IMG/VR virus record: IMGVR_UViG_3300033074_001354
Location: 32,001-96,000 of that record
Length of the DNA: 64,000 nt
Strand: one strand, 5' to 3'
Origin: a virus
Lineage: Duplodnaviria; Caudoviricetes
Position numbers and translations under genes: made by a program. The number at the start of each line of letters is the position of its first letter. Within the stretch, counting starts at the first letter, position 1. The notes below the pieces were generated by a model that was not told where the DNA came from, did no database searches, and worked only from the letters and a program-made list of their open reading frames with translations. Below are positions 30,025 through 38,230 of this stretch, in pieces.

Positions 30025-30048
30025 ATAGAAACTGTGATATACGTTGCA
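30025..30048 (-). promoter_or_regulatory. Putative phage promoter TGCA-N12-GTTTCTAT
   Basis: Exact motif in the gap upstream of the gene starting at 29991. Confidence 0.6.
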
Positions 30049-30049
30049 T

Positions 30050-30979
30050 CTAACCATGCATCTTAACAAATGGATCGCTCCAAACACCGTAGCTAGACGT
30101 TATGCTTACAAACCCATACTTCATCAACAATTGAAGCAACTTTGATCCATCAAAGACATACTCCCTAGAAAAAGCTTTATCAATTGCAGTAAGACATTCT
30201 TCCTGCGTTGCATCATCTATATTTCTAAGATCAACCAACTGTTTATTTCTTTCTATTACTGCTAAGTGATCAAAAATCTTAGCAGTTCTTTTAGACTTCA
30301 TCAATTCGTCTTTTCCTTCAGATATTGCTTTAGCTAATGTATCGTACTTTTGAAGAATCTGCGCTGCGGTTTTAGCTCCTATGCCAGGAACGCCAGATAT
30401 ATTGTCAGAGCCATCTCCTGTCAAACACTTAAAATCAACTATCTGGTCTGGTCTGATCCCATAATGGGCAACTACTTCATCTGCATCAAACAACTTTTCT
30501 CTAGTGGGAGAATAAACGGCCACACGGCCATCGTTCAACCCAACCATCTGCATATAGTCCATATCAGTGGATACCACAACAACAATTTCGTCTGTCATAG
30601 AATAAACAGAAGCCAAAACAAATATCAAATCATCTGCCTCAACTTTTGGCACCTTAATGACAGGTATACCAAGACAATCTAAGAATTGATCTAGTATATC
30701 CATCTGTTGATAGAGAACTTCTCTATGTAATTTTAATTGCTCGAATTCTTCAGATGTCAACTGACGTGTCTTATATTCTGGCGAGATAGACATGCGACGC
30801 TTACTTCTTCCACCGTCCCAAGTCATTATTACTTTTGAAGGGCATAATCCGTTTACCAAAGCACGAATCATACGCAAAGTACCGAAAACTCCAGAAACTC
30901 TTAAGCCATCTGGGGTCGTAAGATCAGTAGTAGCATCGCAACGATGTATGGCGTTATTGCCATCTAGTACTAGAATCAT
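30050..30979 (-). CDS. 5'-3' exonuclease / flap endonuclease (Pol I N-terminal-like)
   Basis: LDGNN, WDG, YK.R, EADD, STDMDY.Q, GDGSDNI.GVPGIGAKTA. Confidence 0.92.
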   Translation of the reverse strand: MILVLDGNNAIHRCDATTDLTTPDGLRVSGVFGTLRMIRALVNGLCPSKVIMTWDGGRSKRRMSISPEYKTRQLTSEEFEQLKLHREVLYQQMDILDQFLDCLGIPVIKVPKVEADDLIFVLASVYSMTDEIVVVVSTDMDYMQMVGLNDGRVAVYSPTREKLFDADEVVAHYGIRPDQIVDFKCLTGDGSDNISGVPGIGAKTAAQILQKYDTLAKAISEGKDELMKSKRTAKIFDHLAVIERNKQLVDLRNIDDATQEECLTAIDKAFSREYVFDGSKLLQLLMKYGFVSITSSYGVWSDPFVKMHG

Positions 30980-31239
30980 GAAGGAATGCCATCTAGTGTA
31001 ACTTGTATGAATTTAGAAAATTGTTCGAAAATTGCACGCTTCATCTGCTCATCAACATCTCTTTGCATGACCTTCTCTTGATACAGCACCGTATAATGCA
31101 CAGACAGCGTTAACAAAAGTTGAACAGAAGCACCAACCCTGTCTTGATCAGGCACTCCATTCTGCAATAAAAATTCCTGTATATCGCGAGACAAGGCAGC
31201 GTTCAATCCAGCAATATCATCAAGAGGCACTTGAGACAT
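30976..31239 (-). CDS. Hypothetical protein
   Basis: Coupled ORF between recA and the exonuclease. Confidence 0.55.
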   Translation of the reverse strand: MSQVPLDDIAGLNAALSRDIQEFLLQNGVPDQDRVGASVQLLLTLSVHYTVLYQEKVMQRDVDEQMKRAIFEQFSKFIQVTLDGIPS

Positions 31240-32264
31240 TAAATTTTCTCCAATATCTCAGGATGCTCTTTAGTAAACTCAACCCAGTCTTTTGCATAAA
31301 AGGAGATACCACCATCACCTTTTTTCCCATAATAGTAATAAGCACCATCTGGTTTGTTTATTATACCTTTATCCAAAGCAGCATGGAACAAGCTATCCAT
31401 GTAATCAATAACGCCACCGCTAGCTTCGTCAAACATAATTCTATATGAAGCAGTTCTAAACGGTGGTGCAACTTTGTTCTTAATCACATTAGCATTGAAA
31501 ATCATACCAATGCCTTGCTTGTCACCATCGCGCAGGACTTCTTGAGCCCTAAGTTCAATACGGACAGAAGCATAGAATTTTATGGCTCTTCCACCAAAAG
31601 TGGAATGACCACCATGTCCACCAATCTTGTCACGAATCTGGTTGATGAATATAAGGGTAACATTGCCGTTCTCCTTGTATTTGGACATCAACTTGCGCAT
31701 ACCTTGTGACAGAAGCTGAGCATGATGACCCATTGATGCGCCACCATATTCTCCATCCAATTCCCGCTTTGTACTAGTCGCAGCAACAGAATCCCAAACA
31801 ATGGTGCAAAGACGATCAGGAGTTTCTTCCATCATGCCTAAGATCATTTCAAATAGCTCGAACACTTCTTCAATTGTATCAGGAGAAGCGTAAATCAAAG
31901 TCTCTGGATCAATTCCCATCCTCTTTGCACGTTCAGGAGTAAAGGTAGCATTTTCAGGCTCAATAAGGACAGCTATGCCACCTTTCTTCTGCGTATCTGC
32001 CAAAAGATGCCAGGACAGAGTTGTCTTAGATGATGCTTCGGCTCCAGAAATTTCCGTTAATCTCCCAACAGGAATTCCTTTTCCGACAGCACGGTCAAGC
32101 GTAGCTGCACCTGTAGAAAGCCACTGTTTAACTTGTGCACCTATGCCAGAATCAGAGAGAGTGCCAGCATATCCAACACCCTTCTCTTTTACAATTCTTC
32201 CAACTATTGAAGAGATCAGTGCATCAACTTTTACAGATTTATCTTTCTCTTGAGACTTAGCCAT
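31239..32264 (-). CDS. recA: RecA/UvsX recombinase
   Basis: STG...LD, GIPVGRLTEISG..SSKT, WDSVAA, FINQIRDKIG, GGRAIKFYASVR, KNKVAPPF. Confidence 0.95.
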   Translation of the reverse strand: MAKSQEKDKSVKVDALISSIVGRIVKEKGVGYAGTLSDSGIGAQVKQWLSTGAATLDRAVGKGIPVGRLTEISGAEASSKTTLSWHLLADTQKKGGIAVLIEPENATFTPERAKRMGIDPETLIYASPDTIEEVFELFEMILGMMEETPDRLCTIVWDSVAATSTKRELDGEYGGASMGHHAQLLSQGMRKLMSKYKENGNVTLIFINQIRDKIGGHGGHSTFGGRAIKFYASVRIELRAQEVLRDGDKQGIGMIFNANVIKNKVAPPFRTASYRIMFDEASGGVIDYMDSLFHAALDKGIINKPDGAYYYYGKKGDGGISFYAKDWVEFTKEHPEILEKI

Positions 32265-32265
32265 G

Positions 32266-33246
32266 TTATACCTTAACTGCCGTATTCTTGCTCTTCAAAG
32301 CAGCAATTCTAGCTTTGACATCAGCAAGAGTTTGAGAGTTACCTGCTGGGACAGCTGGAGTAACTGGCTGCTGAACCTGGGGAGTGGTGACTGGTGATGC
32401 TGCTTGATTAACTGCAGGAGCAACTGGAGCTGGCGCAGAAACAGCAGGTGGCGCTACCACAGGAGCAACTGGAGCAACCTGTGGTGCGGCAACTGGGGCA
32501 GGTGCACTAACAGGTGCACTAACAGGTGCGACCAGAGGAGCCTGTTGGGATGTCTGATTCTCAGGCTCCTGATTCTCAACAAGTTCTTCACCAGACATGA
32601 TGCTCACAATATTGTCGTAAGTATCAGGTTTGGCTAATTCATCAAGATTCTTGATTTGAGGGTACCAAGCGTTCACCTGGTCCTGCGTTCCCAGAACAGA
32701 AGAATTCCGTTTTCCATGGCAATTGTATTTTGTTGCTAGGCCAGTTCCTGTTCTTTCAATAATAATATCCGTGCCTTTGCTAATGTCAGAAATATCACCA
32801 TAGTCTGGATCTGCAAACAGACGAAGAATGCTCTCCATCAAACCCTTAGAGCTAATTCCAAGAACTTTAGGCCCCTCAGATTCCTTTTTGCGATCAATAA
32901 CGTTAATGAACCAACGACTCTGAGGACGCATAGTCCATCCAAGATCCTTTTCTTCTTGCTTACTGGAACCACGAAGAGTTTCAAACATCTCACAAACCGG
33001 GCATTCTTGCCTGGCATTCATCTTTGGGCAAACAATAGACTTGTCATTGCCACCAACTTTTAGATAGTGATATGTAACTTCACGAAACGGCATATTCGAA
33101 CCAGCCCATGGGGGAAGAATACGAAAACAGTTTTCACCAACTTCAACCTTTGTCCATTTAATATTACTGCCACCTGCTTCACGCTTCTCACGATCAGCCT
33201 TTAGTTTATTGAGAATTTCTGTAGCTTTACTAAGATCAACACTCAT
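32266..33246 (-). CDS. Single-stranded DNA-binding protein (T4 gp32-like)
   Basis: FRILPPW, H..., CP...CPVC zinc motif, NVIDR, G.DIII.RTG...TKY; Ala/Pro/Val-rich tail. Confidence 0.75.
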   Translation of the reverse strand: MSVDLSKATEILNKLKADREKREAGGSNIKWTKVEVGENCFRILPPWAGSNMPFREVTYHYLKVGGNDKSIVCPKMNARQECPVCEMFETLRGSSKQEEKDLGWTMRPQSRWFINVIDRKKESEGPKVLGISSKGLMESILRLFADPDYGDISDISKGTDIIIERTGTGLATKYNCHGKRNSSVLGTQDQVNAWYPQIKNLDELAKPDTYDNIVSIMSGEELVENQEPENQTSQQAPLVAPVSAPVSAPAPVAAPQVAPVAPVVAPPAVSAPAPVAPAVNQAASPVTTPQVQQPVTPAVPAGNSQTLADVKARIAALKSKNTAVKV

Positions 33247-33259
33247 TTTTATTCCTCCG

Positions 33260-33739
33260 TTATTTATTGTCTAAGACTTGTTTAACTGCATCACGCAACA
33301 TGTCCATATCCAATCCAACTCCACGTTCCATGGATAGTGAACGAAGCATATCTTTTCTTTGACCAAATGAATCCCGTGCTACTCCAAGAACTGAAGCTTG
33401 CTTAACTGCATCCATAAACATACTCTTCATGGCCTCATAAGATTCATCAAGCTTAACAGCTGAATCAATTTCTTTTTCAGTTGTCTTCTTGCCATCTTTA
33501 GCTAGCTCATTTCTATAATGACTAGATAGAGTTGCCTCAAGAACTTCTAACTGCCTCTTCATCCTGGCAACTTTATCATTGGCAAACTCATACAGTGTTG
33601 CCCACCATGCAAATTTGCCAGCTTGTTTCATCATCTCATCAGTAATATTATTTTTGTCTATCTTGAGATCTTCACTAAGATCTTTTTCGTAGAATTCTGA
33701 CTCGGAGAGATTGACTGATATCTTTAGAAAATTGCTCAT
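33260..33739 (-). CDS. UvsY-like recombination mediator
   Basis: DLKID..N..E...Q...W, coiled coil, K.TEK.I...V, F.QRKDML; next to SSB/RecA. Confidence 0.6.
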   Translation of the reverse strand: MSNFLKISVNLSESEFYEKDLSEDLKIDKNNITDEMMKQAGKFAWWATLYEFANDKVARMKRQLEVLEATLSSHYRNELAKDGKKTTEKEIDSAVKLDESYEAMKSMFMDAVKQASVLGVARDSFGQRKDMLRSLSMERGVGLDMDMLRDAVKQVLDNK

Positions 33740-33778
33740 TTGGTAACTCCAATCACGTGAATGGAACGTCGAGGATTG

Positions 33779-35266
33779 TTAGATCAACAAAGAATCAGCA
33801 ACTCTTTTACGGATTTCTTCTAAGCTATAATCAACCAGAAGTTTGCCATCTCTGAATATAGTCTTAAGCATGCCACCTTCAGCTTGCTCAGGAGTGCAAC
33901 ATTCCGTTAGAGTCATATCTTCATTGACACATAGTAGACCCTTAGCCGAATTTTTAATGCCGTCATCGGTTTTGGGCTTCTTGTAGATTTCATGCGGAAC
34001 ACCATTGATAATACCGTAGGTAGCTTTCATAGCAAAACCAAAAGTATCTCTAGTATTATACTGGTAAGTATAACTTCCAATACCAAACACAATATTAGTG
34101 GAAGCAAAACCCTTAGCCTCAAGACCTTCACATATAGCTCTACAGCGCTCCATAGTAATGGAGTCACCATAAATAAGACCAATGTGTGGATCAAGCTGCT
34201 TATACCCTTTACTATTTATTGTTCCACCAAATATATCCCAAAGAATCTCTATAGATCCTCTGGCTCTAAAATCGCCATGAACAGCATTCTTGCCATACTT
34301 CTTTTCGTGGTCAAACCCACATATAATCTCTACTGGATCGCCACTGTCTGGTCTAACTACAAGTTTTCCATTTCTTGACATCACCAGATCTTTTATTTTT
34401 GGCAACGTCTCTGTCAACACTTTCCAATAATCCCAAGTATCAGACACTATGGAAACAATGCCCTCTGGATAAACTTGAGTGAGTAACCGCCTGTATGTTT
34501 CTTCCTCGCTCTCATAACCACCTAAGCACATAACACTATGCTCTGTAGCTGGAACCGATCCACCAATCAATTCCTTTTCACAATCTGCATTATAATACGT
34601 TTCCAAGAAATCAATAGCTGGCACCGTATCTGTCCCCGTAAAACTAAGCAGATGTGCAGCGCCACTAACAAGAGATGCTTCAAACGATCCCATGCCTCGC
34701 ATGGAGAAATCATGACCCTGCCACTGAACAAAGTCCGGCATATCAGAAGTTAGCTTTGCAAACTGGTTCAGTATCTTACGATACTCGCGAGCAATAGTGG
34801 CTGAAGTCATTGGCTGCCAAATAACATTGCACAGAATAGTTTCCAGCATGTTAGTAATCCAGAAAAACTCAGGAAGCGTATTCTTAATTGTCAGCATAGG
34901 AACACGAATGGGGCAAATCATTCCTTCAGGAATAGCTTTAATTTCTATAGGAAGATACTGCAAATCCCACAGAGCAGCAATATGGTCATATGTAACTTTA
35001 TCAGGGCCAACATAGAAATCAACTCGACGCTTGTATTTGCGAACAGCCTCTTCTTTAGGAAGATTAAAGAAGTCTCTGTTAAAACGGTTGATGCAATATT
35101 CCTTTACGAAATACTGTGGTCCGAACACAACAATGCTCTTAACGCCAGGAATGCGACTTCCACGTGCAGTAACATTGGAATATACAACCTCAGTATTGTT
35201 AGGATACTGAGAACGGTGATCAATTTTGTATCCATCTTTTAGAAGGACTGTAGGAATTTTTAGCAT
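33779..35266 (-). CDS. Nicotinamide phosphoribosyltransferase-family enzyme (Namat/NadV-like)
   Basis: DGYK..H..QYP, HDFSMRG, VPATEHSVM, SIVSDTWD, RPDSGDP, IYGDSIT, K.SAKG. Confidence 0.92.
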   Translation of the reverse strand: MLKIPTVLLKDGYKIDHRSQYPNNTEVVYSNVTARGSRIPGVKSIVVFGPQYFVKEYCINRFNRDFFNLPKEEAVRKYKRRVDFYVGPDKVTYDHIAALWDLQYLPIEIKAIPEGMICPIRVPMLTIKNTLPEFFWITNMLETILCNVIWQPMTSATIAREYRKILNQFAKLTSDMPDFVQWQGHDFSMRGMGSFEASLVSGAAHLLSFTGTDTVPAIDFLETYYNADCEKELIGGSVPATEHSVMCLGGYESEEETYRRLLTQVYPEGIVSIVSDTWDYWKVLTETLPKIKDLVMSRNGKLVVRPDSGDPVEIICGFDHEKKYGKNAVHGDFRARGSIEILWDIFGGTINSKGYKQLDPHIGLIYGDSITMERCRAICEGLEAKGFASTNIVFGIGSYTYQYNTRDTFGFAMKATYGIINGVPHEIYKKPKTDDGIKNSAKGLLCVNEDMTLTECCTPEQAEGGMLKTIFRDGKLLVDYSLEEIRKRVADSLLI

Positions 35267-36060
35267 TATTGTTGCCTTTCATTGTTTGGTACTGAATAAA
35301 CTAGGCCTTTGCTGCTCCATATCTCATCGATCAATCCTTCAAAAACAGCCAAGCCCTTAGTAAAGAACCCATGGGTAGTCATTAGTATAATGCGACCACA
35401 ATGCTTAGTCTTCAAAATTTTGGCAATTTCTATAAAAGTGCGACCACCATCGCATATATCATCCATGATCACACAGTCTTTTCCACCTAGATCTTCTGCA
35501 GCAACATTCACACCCGTAATCTCTCCAGTAGCAGTATCACGTTGCTTGCTGCATTCTATAACACCCAGATTCTTAAAACGTTTGGCAGTCTTGAAAATCT
35601 TCTTCATAGCGCCAGCGTCAGGGCATATAAGGTAAAACCCTTTGCCTATGATCTCCAATTGGTGCAAAGGCTCGTTGAATATCTGATGCTGCTCAATGAC
35701 CTTGCAATTTTCTATTAAAGCCGTCGTTACATCAGAATGTGGATCAAGAACAAATACATTATCAAATCCAAGTGAATTGATGATCTTAGAGAATACCTTC
35801 AAAGAAAATGCTTCACCAAAAGCATTAATACGGTCTTGCCTGCTAAAAGGGACATAATCCATGTTTAGAGAAAGATTTCTGCAACCTATGCGACGAAGCG
35901 CATCACATACTAGAGCTAGCTCAAAAACTTCTTCGTTCCTTTCGAAATCAAAATCAACAGTTGCAATTTCTACATTAGTTGATCCATCAATTACTTGAAT
36001 CTGCATTTCACCACAGGGAAAATTGAACTTCTTTATATTAAATCCTGGCACGTTAATCAT
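35266..36060 (-). CDS. Ribose-phosphate pyrophosphokinase-family enzyme (Adps-like)
   Basis: FPCGE, YVPFSRQDR, DPHS, PDAGA.KK, K.RD..TG.I, DDICDGGRTF, THG.F. Confidence 0.9.
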   Translation of the reverse strand: MINVPGFNIKKFNFPCGEMQIQVIDGSTNVEIATVDFDFERNEEVFELALVCDALRRIGCRNLSLNMDYVPFSRQDRINAFGEAFSLKVFSKIINSLGFDNVFVLDPHSDVTTALIENCKVIEQHQIFNEPLHQLEIIGKGFYLICPDAGAMKKIFKTAKRFKNLGVIECSKQRDTATGEITGVNVAAEDLGGKDCVIMDDICDGGRTFIEIAKILKTKHCGRIILMTTHGFFTKGLAVFEGLIDEIWSSKGLVYSVPNNERQQ

Positions 36061-36103
36061 TTAGTATCCTTTCATGACAGCAAATCATCAACCTATAGGA
36101 ACT

Positions 36104-38059
36104 TTAGGAATTGTTATGCAGAAGAGAAATTATGGTATCCTTCTGAAGCGCTTCAGGAGAAAGATCTAAATCTGCTTTTGCTTTAGATTTCACCAGAACC
36201 GCACCAGACAATTTGAGCACTTCAGAAAGTTTTACTGCATTTTCATAATAGCTAACCATAAAACTACGAATATGCTCAGACACTTCAGAGCCACCATAGG
36301 AGCTGTTACCCTTGGACGTATCAGTGTCCATAAAGTAGAACTTGCAATTGACTTTATTAATGACAAGCAGCCCAATAGTCTTCTGCCTGTCACCAATATT
36401 TGCATCAACACGAGCAATAACTTCATTTGGATCAAGCATAAAGTTCTTTTCGAACTTATTGCCAGACTTGTAAGAGCCAACAACAATTTTAAAAGGAACT
36501 TCCTTTTCATTGTTGTGGTAGTGGTTGAAGAAGTTCAGAGCCATGACAGCTGTTAGGTTGTCCTGTTTCTTAATACGGAACAATTCTGTAGCGCCATTAG
36601 GCATAGGCGCATCAGTCATGTCCCCAGAGAACAGTATACTGCAAGATTCGTCACGGTAGTCAGCGTCCCAACCAATTTTGGAGCCATTCTCATCTAACAA
36701 CGAAAGATCAAGATCTACTCTATCATCTTCTACTACACCATCCCCAGTATTATTCCAATGAACCCCTATAATCATGTCATCATCCACAGTAATGCAGCTA
36801 CCAGAAGGCACATTTCCAACAAACTGCTTCTCCGTAGAAGGCAGAGCATACTCAACACCTTCCGGGATATAAACTTTCATACCATGCAGATGCTTCAAAG
36901 ATTTGGCAATTTCCTTTAGCACATAATTAAACGCTAACTTGTGATCATTTACTTTGTTGACTTCTATGCTAGTTGCATACCCTTTTCCGTTACGAATACG
37001 ATACAGAATGGAAGAAGGATTAGATGCCCTGTACTTGAGAGAATATGCAAGACGAATCTTTCTGAAAATATTCGCAGATTTAAGAGCACTGTCTAGATCT
37101 TCTTGGATAGCTTTGAACCCTTTTTCAACAACTAGTCTTGTCACACTGTTCAAGAAGTCCTGCTTCATAGGCTCATGATTCTTTATGGCTAACTTGCGTA
37201 TTCTATTCACAACTTTCTTCATAGGTTTGCTAGTGCGCAAAGCCAGAAACATTGGTTTGAACCTATAGAAAGATTTCGATAGTTCACCGTATCCATACGA
37301 GCTGTGGTAACGAACAAATAAAGGCAGAATGATTCTTACATCAGCACCCTTCAAAGACTCAATTGTTGCACGATCTTTGATCAACAGTGTGTTCTTGTTA
37401 ACCTTATAGATGACATATCGCAAGAATTCGGCAGCATCCTTCGGAACAGAATTTGTGAAATCATACATAATACAACGAACTTCTTTATTGTTGATTTCTC
37501 CGATGTCGCTAGGATTAAATCCAGTGTACATTAAAAGTTCCATAACATCATCTCGAGTTTGAGCCGACATAGCAATACCAGAACTCAACAAATGAAACAC
37601 CTTCTTTTTAATCTCTTCCTTAGTCAACCCACATATAACAGTAATCGACATGTCTTTAATTCTAACACGAGGAACTTTAAGAGTTTCCATGGGTATGTAA
37701 ACTGTATCATGATCAAAAATATGAAATGCTTCAAATCCGTAAGTTGTGACATAATGAAACATCTGCTCTATAACCAATTCTTCCATGCTAGCTTCACAAA
37801 TCTTCTTCCAGGATTTGTGAAATGCACTATTTAACTTCTCACCATCCAGAAAAGTTGCATCTATTTCTTCTATTAGATCATGCACTCCTTGTGCGCCACA
37901 CAAACTATAGATCTCAGGGGAAAACATATAGCCACAAGCAAGAGTCTTCTTTAATTGTGCAGCATCAGGCTTATGCCTGAGTTTTGTATGCTCGGAAATA
38001 GGAACTGCGTTGAACAATCTGAGAAGAGCAGGAATGAAAGAAACAGAACTAGTTTTCAC
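36104..38059 (-). CDS. Large protein with helical N-terminal region and TerD-like C-terminal domain
   Basis: C-terminal W...RVDLDLS...FSGDMTDAP..GATE resembles the TerD signature; GTG start at 38059 follows RBS AGGAGACCC. Confidence 0.55.
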   Translation of the reverse strand: MKTSSVSFIPALLRLFNAVPISEHTKLRHKPDAAQLKKTLACGYMFSPEIYSLCGAQGVHDLIEEIDATFLDGEKLNSAFHKSWKKICEASMEELVIEQMFHYVTTYGFEAFHIFDHDTVYIPMETLKVPRVRIKDMSITVICGLTKEEIKKKVFHLLSSGIAMSAQTRDDVMELLMYTGFNPSDIGEINNKEVRCIMYDFTNSVPKDAAEFLRYVIYKVNKNTLLIKDRATIESLKGADVRIILPLFVRYHSSYGYGELSKSFYRFKPMFLALRTSKPMKKVVNRIRKLAIKNHEPMKQDFLNSVTRLVVEKGFKAIQEDLDSALKSANIFRKIRLAYSLKYRASNPSSILYRIRNGKGYATSIEVNKVNDHKLAFNYVLKEIAKSLKHLHGMKVYIPEGVEYALPSTEKQFVGNVPSGSCITVDDDMIIGVHWNNTGDGVVEDDRVDLDLSLLDENGSKIGWDADYRDESCSILFSGDMTDAPMPNGATELFRIKKQDNLTAVMALNFFNHYHNNEKEVPFKIVVGSYKSGNKFEKNFMLDPNEVIARVDANIGDRQKTIGLLVINKVNCKFYFMDTDTSKGNSSYGGSEVSEHIRSFMVSYYENAVKLSEVLKLSGAVLVKSKAKADLDLSPEALQKDTIISLLHNNS

Positions 38060-38077
38060 AGGGTCTCCTTTTGTTAT

Positions 38078-38131
38078 AAAAGACGAGAAGTATTCGGTGG
38101 CTAACAATGTATAGGAACTTCTTATGTCTTT
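38078..38131 (-). ncRNA. Conserved hairpin RNA, copy B
   Basis: AAAGAC-ATA-AGAAGT-TCCTATA-CATTGTTAGCCACCGAA-T-ACTTCT-C-GTCTTT. Confidence 0.65.
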
Positions 38132-38148
38132 TTATGTCTTTAAATTAG

Positions 38149-38202
38149 TGAGGCGGGAAGTATTTCTCCAGATAGAATGTTATAGGAACTTCCTTTGCCT
38201 CA
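38149..38202 (-). ncRNA. Conserved hairpin RNA, copy A
   Basis: TGAGGC-AAA-GGAAGT-TCCTATA-ACATTCTATCTGGAGAAA-T-ACTTCC-C-GCCTCA. Confidence 0.65.
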
Positions 38203-38206
38203 ACTA

Positions 38207-38230
38207 AGAGAAACCGTAGTTTACACTGCA
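38207..38230 (-). promoter_or_regulatory. Putative phage promoter TGCA-N12-GTTTCTCT
   Basis: One mismatch to consensus; immediately upstream of hairpin copy A. Confidence 0.55.

Noticed and set aside
32340-32545. Short imperfect tandem repeats
   Set aside because: They encode the Ala/Pro/Val-rich linker of the SSB; low-complexity coding sequence
38109-38121. GTATAGGAACTTC matches one FRT half-site (also near 54924 and, partially, 38181)
   Set aside because: No inverted partner with an 8-bp spacer and no vector context; it is the invariant core of the covarying hairpin family
38078-38202. Repeat/variable pattern as a mini-CRISPR array
   Set aside because: Variable segments lie inside hairpin loops, are only ~14 nt, repeats are not identical, and no cas genes are in the window
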